A program made the translations under genes and the position numbers. From contig CAVSGI010000009.1 in assembly GCA_963727445.1 (NCBI GenBank), positions 32,001 to 96,000 of the forward strand: a DNA stretch of 64,000 bases, read 5' to 3'. This stretch comes from an uncultured delta proteobacterium. Lineage in GTDB: Bacteria; Myxococcota_A; Polyangia; Polyangiales; B10-G4. Of this stretch, positions 8,239-17,148 are shown piece after piece (the first letter of the stretch is position 1; each line of letters starts with the position of its first letter). A model generated the notes under the pieces. That model saw nothing but the letters and a program-made list of their open reading frames with translations. It was not told where the DNA came from and did not search any database.

Positions 8239-9120
8239 ATGCACTTCGACACGGAAGCCACGCGCCGGCGGATCGACCAGGCGCTCGCGACCGCCCTGGA
8301 TCAGGGTGAGCGCCAGGCGCCGCCCAAGCTCGCCGCCGCCATCCGTCACGCGGTCTTCCCGGGCGGCTCGCGCACCCGTCCCCTGCTCTGCATCGCCGTC
8401 GCCGAAGCCAATGGCGGAGGCGACCCGGCCCTCGTCGACGCGTTCGCCGCGGCCCTCGAGCTCCTGCACTGCGCGTCGTTGGTGCACGACGATCTCCCCT
8501 GTTTCGATGACGCGCCCACGCGACGCGGAGAGCCATCGGTTCATGCGGTCCACGGCGAGGCGCTCGCGGTTCTCGCGGGCGATGCACTGATCGTCTCGGC
8601 GTTCGAGGTGCTCGGCCGCGCTTCGCAGCACGCGCCCGCGCAGCTCCCGGCGCTCCTCGCCACCCTCGCCCGCGCCGCGGGCGCCTCCGAAGGGCTGGTG
8701 GCCGGGCAGGGTTGGGAAGCGGAGGACGGCGTCGCCCTCGAGCGCTATCACCGCGCGAAGACCGGTGCGCTCTTCGTGGCGGCCGCCACGGGTGGAGCCC
8801 TTTCGGCCGGCGTGGACGCCGAGCCGTGGCAACTTGTGGGCGTGCATCTCGGCGCGGCCTATCAGGTCGCGGACGACCTCCTCGACGCGCACGCCACCGA
8901 AGAGTCCGCGGGCAAGCCCACGGGTCGTGACGCTGCGCTCGGGAGACCGAGCGCGGTGGACTCCCTCGGCACGGAGGCGGCGCTCGCTCGGCTTCGCGCG
9001 CTCGTCGCGCAGGCAGCGGACGCCGTTCCCGCGTGCGACGGTCAGCCGATGCTCCGTGACCTCGTCGAAGAGATGGCGGAGCGCTTGGTTCCCGCGAGCC
9101 TCAAGCAGAGCGCTGCCTGA
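8239..9120 (+). CDS. crtE: Geranylgeranyl diphosphate synthase (polyprenyl synthetase)
   Basis: GGSRTRP, LVHDDLPCFD..RRG, KTGALF, YQVADDLLD, GKPTGRD. Confidence 0.85.
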   Translation: MHFDTEATRRRIDQALATALDQGERQAPPKLAAAIRHAVFPGGSRTRPLLCIAVAEANGGGDPALVDAFAAALELLHCASLVHDDLPCFDDAPTRRGEPSVHAVHGEALAVLAGDALIVSAFEVLGRASQHAPAQLPALLATLARAAGASEGLVAGQGWEAEDGVALERYHRAKTGALFVAAATGGALSAGVDAEPWQLVGVHLGAAYQVADDLLDAHATEESAGKPTGRDAALGRPSAVDSLGTEAALARLRALVAQAADAVPACDGQPMLRDLVEEMAERLVPASLKQSAA

Positions 9121-9128
9121 AGGCGGGG

Positions 9129-10577
9129 CTACGGCTTCGCGAGTAGCGCCGAGAGCGCGTGTGCCGTCGCGTCGGCGCGCAGGAGATGATGGGTGGGGGT
9201 GACCGGCCACGCGCCGTGCGCGGTCGCTGGATCGAGCGACGCGTGAAGGCTTCCGTTCGCGAGGAGCTGATGCGCGCGCAGAAAGTCGCGCCCGCGTTCG
9301 GCGACGCGTCGCGCATCCGCGCGCGGCGAGGCGGCGAGGAGCTCGGTGGCGAGGGCGGTGACGGGGATCTCCGGCAGCCGCTCCAGGCCGAAGCCGCCCC
9401 GATGCGGCGGCGCCTTTCGAAAGCGCTGCATCAGGGCTTTTTCGACGCGGCGCTCGGCACGCGCGTCACCCAGGGCGCGGGCGGCCGCGAGGAGCCACGG
9501 GTTTTCCCCGTGGGGATTTTCGAAGTCGAGGGTCACGCGCGCCATCACGCGCGCAGGGGCTCTGTTGCCAGCGGCTGCCACCACCTGGGCGGCGTGCCAG
9601 GGATTTTCGGCGAGGGGCCGCGCGCGATGCGCCTGCTCGACGAGCGCCTCGGTGAGCGGCAGGCCGGCGAGGGTCGCGAGGGCCAGGGTCGCCGCGCGGC
9701 GCGCTGCGTCCGTGGGAAATCCGTCGACGCGTGCTCCCGAGAGCGCGGCGTCGATCGCTTCGGCGAGCCAGCGCTTCGCCTTTCCGATACGCGCGCGCCG
9801 GCCCCCGAAGGCCGCGAGGGCGGCGATCACCGAGGCCGCGCGCCCGTGGAGCATCATGCCCGTCTCGAGGCGTCGACCGGCGCGCGCGTCGTAGCCGAAG
9901 CAGATCCGTCCCTCCGCGTCGATGCAGCCCGCGAGGAACTCGGCGGCGGCCGCTGCGCCATCGCTCTTGCGCGCGCTGCCTCCATCGAGCCGCGCGGTGA
10001 GGTGCTGCGCCTCGAAGATCACGACCTCGTCGTCGAAGGCAAGAGAGCGACCCGCCTTGCGTGCGAGGGCGTCGAGGAAGGCATCGGCGCTTGTCATGAG
10101 CCTGTCGCGCCCGACCTGCGGCAGAAGGATCGCGCTCCGCTCAGCAGGCGCGGCGAAGGCGAGGCCGTGAGTCCCGAGCTCGAGCGTCTCGGCGATCCGC
10201 CCGACGGAGCAGGGCCGCGGCGCGATGGGATACGAAACGTCCGCAGAGACCGATGCGCGATCGCCCGGAGCAATGGACGGACCGAGCCGGCGGTCGTTCA
10301 GCGCCGCCAGGAACGCACGCGCGAGTCGCTCCCCCGGCTTGCCCTCCGCGCTGCCCTGGCAGCCGCGGAGCCCCCCACGCACGTAGAGTGAGACGAAGGG
10401 GGTCGCGTCGGGGGCGGCGGGCGGCTTCGGCCATCGATCGAGGCTCTGCTGGAAGCGGAGCAGCGCGCCCAGGTAGCGCGCCGCGCTGTTCCGCGCCCGC
10501 GTCCCGAGCGGGCGCGCGAGGGCCCGATAGGGGAAGGCGGTGGCCTTCAGTCGACGGCGCGCTGTCGATCTCGCCAC
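9129..10577 (-). CDS. AMMECR1-domain protein fused to a helical (prenyltransferase/cyclase-like) C-terminal domain; start uncertain
   Basis: FVSLY..GGLRGCQG, LGTHGL, LLPQV, LARKAG; C-terminus RGRDFLRAHQL...GAWP...RADATAHAL. Confidence 0.75.
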   Translation of the reverse strand: MARSTARRRLKATAFPYRALARPLGTRARNSAARYLGALLRFQQSLDRWPKPPAAPDATPFVSLYVRGGLRGCQGSAEGKPGERLARAFLAALNDRRLGPSIAPGDRASVSADVSYPIAPRPCSVGRIAETLELGTHGLAFAAPAERSAILLPQVGRDRLMTSADAFLDALARKAGRSLAFDDEVVIFEAQHLTARLDGGSARKSDGAAAAAEFLAGCIDAEGRICFGYDARAGRRLETGMMLHGRAASVIAALAAFGGRRARIGKAKRWLAEAIDAALSGARVDGFPTDAARRAATLALATLAGLPLTEALVEQAHRARPLAENPWHAAQVVAAAGNRAPARVMARVTLDFENPHGENPWLLAAARALGDARAERRVEKALMQRFRKAPPHRGGFGLERLPEIPVTALATELLAASPRADARRVAERGRDFLRAHQLLANGSLHASLDPATAHGAWPVTPTHHLLRADATAHALSALLAKP

Positions 10578-11410
10578 GCTGCGCCAGCGTCCATGCCCAA
10601 CGCATCGAGCGCCGGCACGATCTGTTCTTCGACGACCTCGGCGAGGGTCTCGCGCTGGGGCGCCGTCGCGAGGACGCCGAGCGCCCGGGCGGCTTTCTTC
10701 GAGCCCCGCGGCGCGTCTCGGCCGCGACTGAAGCGCACCTCGAGGTTTCGGACGTGCTCGCGCACGATCGCCGCGATGCGCGCGTGCTCGCTGGGCGTCC
10801 AGCGCGGCGCCCGCCACTCCAGGTAGTACCAACCCAGTCGCGCGTGCCGGATCTCGTCGGCCACGATCGTCTCGAAGAGCGGGCGGGCCACCGGGTCCGA
10901 CGCCTCGGCGGCGCAGGCGGCGAGGAGCGCCGCGGAGATCGTCTCGCCGATGGCGCTGGTGATCGTCATCACCCGATCGAGCTCCTCGAGGGCGAAGATC
11001 GCGGCCACCCCCCTGGGGCGCATCCGCTGGACGTCGAGCTCCACCTCGTCGCGCTCTTTGCCCGCGCAGAGCGCGGCCATGTGTACCGCGAGCTCGGCGT
11101 GGGCGATCTCGTCCGAAGGGATCGCGGCGGCGGCGGCGATGATGTCGAAGGGAGCCCCGTGATGCGCGAGGGAGCCGGTGAGCCGTGAAAAGCCCTCCAC
11201 CGCCAGATACTCGCCGGTCGCCAGCATCCGCTGTGCGTCGTAGGCCAGCGCGAGGGCGGGCTCGGTGTAGTCGCCTCGCTCGAATCGCTCCCAGGGGATC
11301 CGGCGGCGTTCGCGCCGACCCTTGCGACGCTCGACTTCCGAGGCGAGCTGGCGCGCGAGGGGCGTGTCAGTGACGGTGCGGCGAAAGGGGCTGCGTGCGG
11401 TCGTGTGCAC
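10547..11410 (-). CDS. Ferritin-like diiron protein
   Basis: Ligand pattern GEY...DEIAH...GET...DEIRH. Confidence 0.8.
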   Translation of the reverse strand: MHTTARSPFRRTVTDTPLARQLASEVERRKGRRERRRIPWERFERGDYTEPALALAYDAQRMLATGEYLAVEGFSRLTGSLAHHGAPFDIIAAAAAIPSDEIAHAELAVHMAALCAGKERDEVELDVQRMRPRGVAAIFALEELDRVMTITSAIGETISAALLAACAAEASDPVARPLFETIVADEIRHARLGWYYLEWRAPRWTPSEHARIAAIVREHVRNLEVRFSRGRDAPRGSKKAARALGVLATAPQRETLAEVVEEQIVPALDALGMDAGAAWRDRQRAVD

Positions 11411-11414
11411 GGCG

Positions 11415-11780
11415 TCAGGCGTCGGCGGAGCCGTCCATCGAGCCATCCATCGCGCCGTCGGTGGAGCCGTCCATCGCGCCGTCGGTGGAGCCGTCCAACG
11501 AACCGTCGAACCCGGCGTCGGCGACTGAGAAGCCGCTGTCGGCGACCGAGAAGCCGGTATCGGCGACCGAGAAACCGACGTCCGCGACACCGGGGCTCGA
11601 GTCGAAGCCGATGTAGGCCACGCTGGCGACGGAGAAGGCGCTGTCGGCCACGGTCGGCGTGGGCTCGTCATCACCGCATCCCACCGCCAAGAGCGGTGGA
11701 GCCGCCGCCAGCGAAAGGCTCAGGACCGTGCGCGGCACGATCTTCGGAATGTGGCTACGTCGGCGCTTCTTCTTCGCCAT
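11415..11780 (-). CDS. Small lipoprotein / candidate precursor peptide with six VAxxxF repeats
   Basis: GGAGG RBS, basic N-terminus, lipobox LAVGC; VADSAF, VAYIGF, VADVGF, VADTGF, VADSGF, VADAGF, then DGSx/DGAM tail. Confidence 0.8.
   Translation of the reverse strand: MAKKKRRRSHIPKIVPRTVLSLSLAAAPPLLAVGCGDDEPTPTVADSAFSVASVAYIGFDSSPGVADVGFSVADTGFSVADSGFSVADAGFDGSLDGSTDGAMDGSTDGAMDGSMDGSADA
11418..11590. repeat. Coding tandem repeats (21-bp VADxGFS units; 24-bp DGSTDGAM units)
   Basis: Repeated CGGCGACCGAGAAGCCG and GGAGCCGTCCATCGCGCCGTCGGT units. Confidence 0.85.
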
Positions 11781-11880
11781 ATCGACCTCCCCGTCGTAGT
11801 GACGCTAACACATTCGAAATGCCCGTTGGGCCAGGGTGGGTGCAGACGCCTGCGAGCCGTGGCATCCTCGCTTCGTGGCG

Positions 11881-13506
11881 ATGCAGTGGGGATCGCTCGC
11901 GAGGGTGGGGCTGGTGGCGGCGTGCGCGCTGGCGCTGTCGAGCTGTAATGGCCTCATCGGCGACCCGGGCAGCTCCGGCGGAGGACCAGGCGGCCCGGGC
12001 GGCCCCACCGGGCCTGGCACCAATCCTGGAGACCCGCGCTTCGAGGTGCGCATGTGGCGCCTCTCGCCCGCGCAGTTCGACGGCGAGGTCGCGCGGCTCT
12101 TCGGCGACGGCGCGCCCGAGGTCGATCTTCCCGCCGGTGCCTCCGAGCACGGCATCACCAACATCTCCGCGACGGCGCGCATCGATCTGGGCAATGCGTC
12201 GCTCTTCGTCGAAGGCGCGCGGACGGTCGCCACCTGGGCCGCAGCCAATGGAGCCACCACCTCGCGCTGCACCGACTACGGCATGCCCGCGTGCATCGAC
12301 ACCGTGCTCGGCTGGCTTCCCGAGAGCGCCTTTCGCCGTCCGGTGACCGACGAAGAGACGACCGCGCTCCGCACGCTCTTCGAAGACCTCTCCCGCGACT
12401 ACGACTACGACTTCGCCTACGCCGGCGTGGTGCGCGCGGTGCTCCTCTCGCCGCACTTTCTCTATCGATCGGAGCTCGGCGACCTGAGCGACGGCATCGT
12501 CACGATGACGGACTACGAGATCGCGAACCTCCTGTCCTTTTCGATCACCGACCGCGCCCCGGACGACATGCTGCTGGCCGACGCAGCCGCCGGACGCCTC
12601 CGCGAGGCCGACGCCCGAGAGGCGCACGCGCGACGCCTGATGGAGGACTCCGGCGACGTGTGGCAGCGCTTCTTCTGGGAGTGGCTCGCCATGTCCACCC
12701 TCGAGAGTCAGGGCAACGAGGTCGGGCTCCCGAGCGCGCTGGTGACCGAGATGCAGGAGGAGCACCGGGCTTTCGTCACCGACGTGATCGTGACCCAGCG
12801 CGGCACTTTGAGCGACCTCCTCACCTCCACGCGCACCTTCGCGAGCCCGGAGCTCGCTGCGTACTACGGCGCCGCACACTCGGGGAGCGGCGTCGAGGCC
12901 ATCGACCTCGACTTCAGCCAGCGCGCCGGCCTCCTGACCCGCGCCGCCTGGCTCGTCTCTCATGGAAAGCGCGGCCGGGCGAACGTCGTGCGGCGCGGCA
13001 TGGGCATCTACCGCGACGCGATGTGCAACGACATCGCGCCGCTCATGATCGATCTCCAGGCGGCGCTCAGCGAGATCGTGTCGCCCGACGCGCCGGTCTC
13101 CGAGATCGTGCAGGCGCGCGGCAACGACCCGACCTGCGGCTCCTGTCACGCCCTCGCCGATCCCATCGGCCTCGCCTTCGAGAGCTATGCCGGTGACGGC
13201 ACCTGGCAGACCGTCTACGCCAGCGACGGCCTGCCGGTGGAGACGGGGATCGAGCTGGAAGGCGTGGGCCCGCTGCCCGACGCCATGGCTCTGTCGGCGG
13301 TGCTCGCCGACGACGTGAATTTCCAGCACTGCATGGTCCAGCGCTTCGTGCACTTCTTGATGGGGATCGACGTCGGCTCCCCCGACGCCGTTCGCTGGTC
13401 GAGCGACGCCCTGTCGGCCTTCGTCGAGAGCGGCGGCTCCTTCGAGGAGCTCCTTGTCGCCATCGTGCGCGACCCCTCCTTCGTCGAGCGGAGGAACAAC
13501 CCATGA
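11881..13506 (+). CDS. DUF1592/DUF1588/DUF1595-type lipoprotein with CxxCH
   Basis: Lipobox LSSC, MWRLSPAQF, AFRRPV, VLLSPHFLYRSE, RAGLLT, CGSCH..ADPIGLAFE. Confidence 0.85.
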   Translation: MQWGSLARVGLVAACALALSSCNGLIGDPGSSGGGPGGPGGPTGPGTNPGDPRFEVRMWRLSPAQFDGEVARLFGDGAPEVDLPAGASEHGITNISATARIDLGNASLFVEGARTVATWAAANGATTSRCTDYGMPACIDTVLGWLPESAFRRPVTDEETTALRTLFEDLSRDYDYDFAYAGVVRAVLLSPHFLYRSELGDLSDGIVTMTDYEIANLLSFSITDRAPDDMLLADAAAGRLREADAREAHARRLMEDSGDVWQRFFWEWLAMSTLESQGNEVGLPSALVTEMQEEHRAFVTDVIVTQRGTLSDLLTSTRTFASPELAAYYGAAHSGSGVEAIDLDFSQRAGLLTRAAWLVSHGKRGRANVVRRGMGIYRDAMCNDIAPLMIDLQAALSEIVSPDAPVSEIVQARGNDPTCGSCHALADPIGLAFESYAGDGTWQTVYASDGLPVETGIELEGVGPLPDAMALSAVLADDVNFQHCMVQRFVHFLMGIDVGSPDAVRWSSDALSAFVESGGSFEELLVAIVRDPSFVERRNNP

Positions 13507-14990
13507 CGAAGAAGAAGCAGGGCTTCGGACGGCGCCGCTTCGGAGCGATCGTGGGTGGGGCCGCCGCGGGTCTCGCCCTGACCCCGTCCTTGATGCGTCG
13601 CCTTCGGGTGAAGGCCCAACCGCCCATGGGTCCGATGCGCTTCTTGGCGGTGCGCACGCCCCACGGGGTCGATCGCGACTTCTGGATCCCCCGCAACGCC
13701 GACGGGAGCGAGCCAGCCACCGCAGACGAGGCGCTCTCCGGCCTGACCTGGGACTACGAGGGCGGGATCCTGCTGCCGCTCATGCCGTGGCGCGATCAGA
13801 TCACGGTCCTCGACGGCCTGGACACGCAGGTCTGCAAGGAGGGCACGCGGCCCGGGGTGCGCACGTTCCACGGGCACAACGAGCAGGGCACGATGCTCAC
13901 CGGCGCACAGCCGCCGGAGGATCGGATGGGGAACTTCGACAACCACCCCTCCCTCGATTTCTACCTCCACGGACGCATTCCTGCGCCCGCGCTGATCACC
14001 GCCAGCGTCGAAGGGACCGGCTCGTGGAAGTGCATGAGCTACGACGCCGCCGGGCTGCCGCGGACGCCGGAGTCCGATCCGCGCGCGGTCTTTCGAGCGG
14101 CCTTCCCCTCGGACTTCGCCCCGCCGGACCCTGGCGAGCCCACCGTCGACTACACCGCGGGTGAGCAGCAGATCTTCGGCTACGACGACGCACAGCTCGC
14201 GCGCCTGCAAGCGGTGCTGCGCCACGGCGAGCTCGACAAGATCAACGCCCATCGCGAGGCGATGCAGGCGCTCACGCCGAGCGGCATGGGCACGACCATG
14301 CTCGGGGCCTGCATGACCAGCGGGATGGACGTGCCCACCGTCGACGGCAACGTCGGCGACTACCTCGGCGTCGAGCGTGTGACGCGCGCGCACTCACAGG
14401 TGATCGCCCAGGCCTTCGCCTGCGGGCGGGCGCGCATCGCGACGCTACAGATCCTCAACGACTATCCGAACTACTACACCGACGTCCCGGAGGTGCGGGC
14501 CTCGGGCGCGATCGGGATCTACGGCGACACCTACCGCTTTCACGAGAACCTCGTGCACGACTACTGGGGCGCGTCGGGGGCGATGCTCGACACGCTGCGC
14601 GTGGGGTACCTCGCCGGTCTGCGCTGGGCGGCGGGGCACTTCGCGGCGGTGCTCGAGGAGCTCGACTCGGTGGTCGATCCCCTCGATCCGTCGGGCGGGT
14701 CGATCCTCGATAACACCGTCATCTTCTGGCACAACGAATTCGGCCATGACGGCCACGACAACCAGCACACCCGCCACCCTGCGGTGATCGCCGGCGGTGG
14801 CGGACGCACCCTGCGCCTCGGCCGCTACCTGCGTCTGCGCAACATCGACAGCAGCGAGCGGGTCCCCCACAACAAGCTCCTGGTGAGCCTGGCGCACGCC
14901 ATGGGCGTGACCGACATCAACTACTTCGGCGATCGGGACCTGACGGACCGGCCCGAGTATCAGGGCCCGCTCGAGCCACTCATGGCGTGA
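13503..14990 (+). CDS. DUF1552-family Tat-exported protein
   Basis: GRRRFG Tat-like signal, AFACGRARIATLQ, SILDNTVI, IAGGGG, HNKLLVSLAHAMG; coupled to the DUF1592-type gene. Confidence 0.82.
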   Translation: MTKKKQGFGRRRFGAIVGGAAAGLALTPSLMRRLRVKAQPPMGPMRFLAVRTPHGVDRDFWIPRNADGSEPATADEALSGLTWDYEGGILLPLMPWRDQITVLDGLDTQVCKEGTRPGVRTFHGHNEQGTMLTGAQPPEDRMGNFDNHPSLDFYLHGRIPAPALITASVEGTGSWKCMSYDAAGLPRTPESDPRAVFRAAFPSDFAPPDPGEPTVDYTAGEQQIFGYDDAQLARLQAVLRHGELDKINAHREAMQALTPSGMGTTMLGACMTSGMDVPTVDGNVGDYLGVERVTRAHSQVIAQAFACGRARIATLQILNDYPNYYTDVPEVRASGAIGIYGDTYRFHENLVHDYWGASGAMLDTLRVGYLAGLRWAAGHFAAVLEELDSVVDPLDPSGGSILDNTVIFWHNEFGHDGHDNQHTRHPAVIAGGGGRTLRLGRYLRLRNIDSSERVPHNKLLVSLAHAMGVTDINYFGDRDLTDRPEYQGPLEPLMA

Positions 14991-15003
14991 GCGGCCGGGC
15001 GCC

Positions 15004-15351
15004 TCAGCCCGTGCAGCGAAGGGCGATGTCGTGGTTGTGACCGTCGCCGGTGTCGCTGGCGGTCGAGCCCACCATCACCGTGTCGCCGACCTGGAGCATC
15101 TGGAAGAGCGCGGCGGTGAGGGTCACCGAGTGGGTGTGATCGGCGGTGCCCCGGATGTCGTAGGTCTTGGTGACGGCCGCGGCGACGTCGGAGGCTGGGA
15201 CGGTGAGCACGTGCCCGTGGTTCGTCGAGAAGTTCGCGCTGGGCGTGCAGCCGAGGGAGGCGTCGCCTTCACCGCCCCCGCCACACGCGTTCAACACGAG
15301 CCCGCCCCCAGCAGCGCCTACCACGACCAGTACGAAGTCTCGCCTGTCCAT
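15004..15351 (-). CDS. Small Tat lipoprotein with His motifs (putative metal binding)
   Basis: MDRRDF signal, LNAC lipobox, NHGH, DHTH, GHNH. Confidence 0.7.
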   Translation of the reverse strand: MDRRDFVLVVVGAAGGGLVLNACGGGGEGDASLGCTPSANFSTNHGHVLTVPASDVAAAVTKTYDIRGTADHTHSVTLTAALFQMLQVGDTVMVGSTASDTGDGHNHDIALRCTG

Positions 15352-15422
15352 GTCCACCTCCCCAGGCACGAGGGTACGCCCGTCGCCGAAGCCTGACGAC
15401 CCTGGTACGCTCGCGCGCCGAA

Positions 15423-16154
15423 ATGACGACGAAACCGAGAGCACTGGTCACGGGCGCGAGCCGGGGAATTGGCGCGGCCATCGCCAAGGACCTCGCCGCC
15501 GCCGGTCATCCCGTCATCCTCAACTACCGGAGCAACGAAGCGGCTGCCAAGGAAGTGAAGGCCGCCATCGAGCAAGCCGGGGGCACCGCCACGCTCGCGC
15601 CCTTCGACGTAGGCGACTTCGCCACCACCTCGCGCGCGATCGAGGAGCTCCTCGCCGCGGACGCAAACCCGATCGGTGTTCTGGTGAACAACGCCGGCGT
15701 CGCGCGCGACAACGTCTTCGCGATGATGAGCCTCGACGAGTGGCACGCGGTCATCCGCACCACACTCGACGGATTCTTCAACGTCACCCAGCCGTTGGTG
15801 ATGCAGATGATGCGCAAGCGCTGGGGACGCATCATCAACCTCAGCTCGATCAGCGGGGTCACGGGCACGCGCGGCCAGGTGAACTACTCGGCCGCCAAGG
15901 CCGGCATCATCGGGGCCACCAAGGCGCTGTCGAAGGAGTGCGCCAAGCGCAAGGTCACGGTGAATTGCGTGGCCCCGGGGCTCATCGACACCGAGATGAT
16001 CGCGGATGTCCGAATGGACATCGTCAAGCCCATGATCCCGATGCAGCGGGTGGGCACGCCGGAGGAGGTCTCGGCCCTGGTGGCTTTCCTGGCCAGCGAT
16101 GCCGCGAGCTACATCACCGGCCAGGTCATCGGCGTCAACGGCGGTTTCGCGTGA
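15423..16154 (+). CDS. fabG: 3-oxoacyl-ACP reductase
   Basis: TGASRGIG, NNAG, YSAAK. Confidence 0.92.
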   Translation: MTTKPRALVTGASRGIGAAIAKDLAAAGHPVILNYRSNEAAAKEVKAAIEQAGGTATLAPFDVGDFATTSRAIEELLAADANPIGVLVNNAGVARDNVFAMMSLDEWHAVIRTTLDGFFNVTQPLVMQMMRKRWGRIINLSSISGVTGTRGQVNYSAAKAGIIGATKALSKECAKRKVTVNCVAPGLIDTEMIADVRMDIVKPMIPMQRVGTPEEVSALVAFLASDAASYITGQVIGVNGGFA

Positions 16155-16227
16155 ATCCGGGAGGCGTCCCGGCGGTCTGACTGGTCGGCTTGCCTCCCCC
16201 CTTTTCCCACCTTAGAAAGCCTTCGCC

Positions 16228-16506
16228 ATGAATCAAGACCTCGAGAAGCAGCTCAAGGAAGTCATCGTCGAGTCGCTGATGCTCGAAGACGTCTCGCCCG
16301 AGGACATCGACTCCGAGGAGGCGCTCTTCGTCGACGGCCTGGGTCTCGACTCCATCGACGCCCTCGAGCTCGCCATCGCCATCGACAAGAAGTTCGGCGT
16401 GCGCATCAAGCCCGACGACGAGGACACCCGGAAGATCTTCGCGAGCGTTCGGAGCCTCGCGAGCTACCTCGCCGGACAGATGGCGGGCAGCGCCGCCGCT
16501 TCCTGA
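16228..16506 (+). CDS. Acyl carrier protein (aryl polyene type)
   Basis: GLGLDSIDALEL phosphopantetheine site. Confidence 0.93.
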   Translation: MNQDLEKQLKEVIVESLMLEDVSPEDIDSEEALFVDGLGLDSIDALELAIAIDKKFGVRIKPDDEDTRKIFASVRSLASYLAGQMAGSAAAS

Positions 16507-16518
16507 GGGCCGGCCCGC

Positions 16519-17148
16519 GTGCGCGTCTTCGCCACGGTGACGAGCGTCATCCTGACCCTCGTCTATCCCGTCGCGGTGTACTACGCGCTGACGCACTACT
16601 CGCCGCGCATGGTGGGCTTGCTCGGTCTGGCGATCGTCATCCCGCTCTTCGCGCTCCGCTTCCGCAACGCCGACCGCGCGCACCTCTTGGTCGTGCTCCG
16701 CGTTCCTCTGATCATCCTCGCCCTGCTCCTCTGCGGCGCCATCTTCGACGACCAGCGCTTCGTCCTCGCGATGCCGGTCCTGATCAGTCTCGCGCTCCTC
16801 GTCACCTTCGGCGCGACGCTCCGCAGCCCGGGACCGACGATGATCGAGCGCTTCGCCCGGATGACCGAGCCGGAGCTGTCGGAGGCCCAGGTGCGCCACT
16901 GCCGCCAGGCCACCCTCGCCTGGTGCGTCTTCTTCCTCGTCAATGCCGCCATCGCGGCGACCCTGGCCGTCCTCGAAATGACCGCCTGGTGGGCCGCCTA
17001 CACCGGGGGGATCGCCTACGCCGCGATGGGTGTGATGTTCGCGGGCGAATTCGTGATTCGGCGCTATAGATTCCGCGAGTACGGGCGGGGCCCCCACGAT
17101 CGGCTCCTCGCGCTACTCTTCCCGCCTCGCACCGTGAGAGATCGATGA
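16519..17148 (+). CDS. Membrane protein of aryl polyene clusters (COG4648-like)
   Basis: Several TM helices, TMIERFAR, YTGGIAY, GEFVIRR. Confidence 0.8.
   Translation: MRVFATVTSVILTLVYPVAVYYALTHYSPRMVGLLGLAIVIPLFALRFRNADRAHLLVVLRVPLIILALLLCGAIFDDQRFVLAMPVLISLALLVTFGATLRSPGPTMIERFARMTEPELSEAQVRHCRQATLAWCVFFLVNAAIAATLAVLEMTAWWAAYTGGIAYAAMGVMFAGEFVIRRYRFREYGRGPHDRLLALLFPPRTVRDR

Noticed and set aside
11418..11590. Tandem repeats as a CRISPR array
   Set aside because: In-frame 21/24-bp coding repeats with no unique spacers and no cas genes
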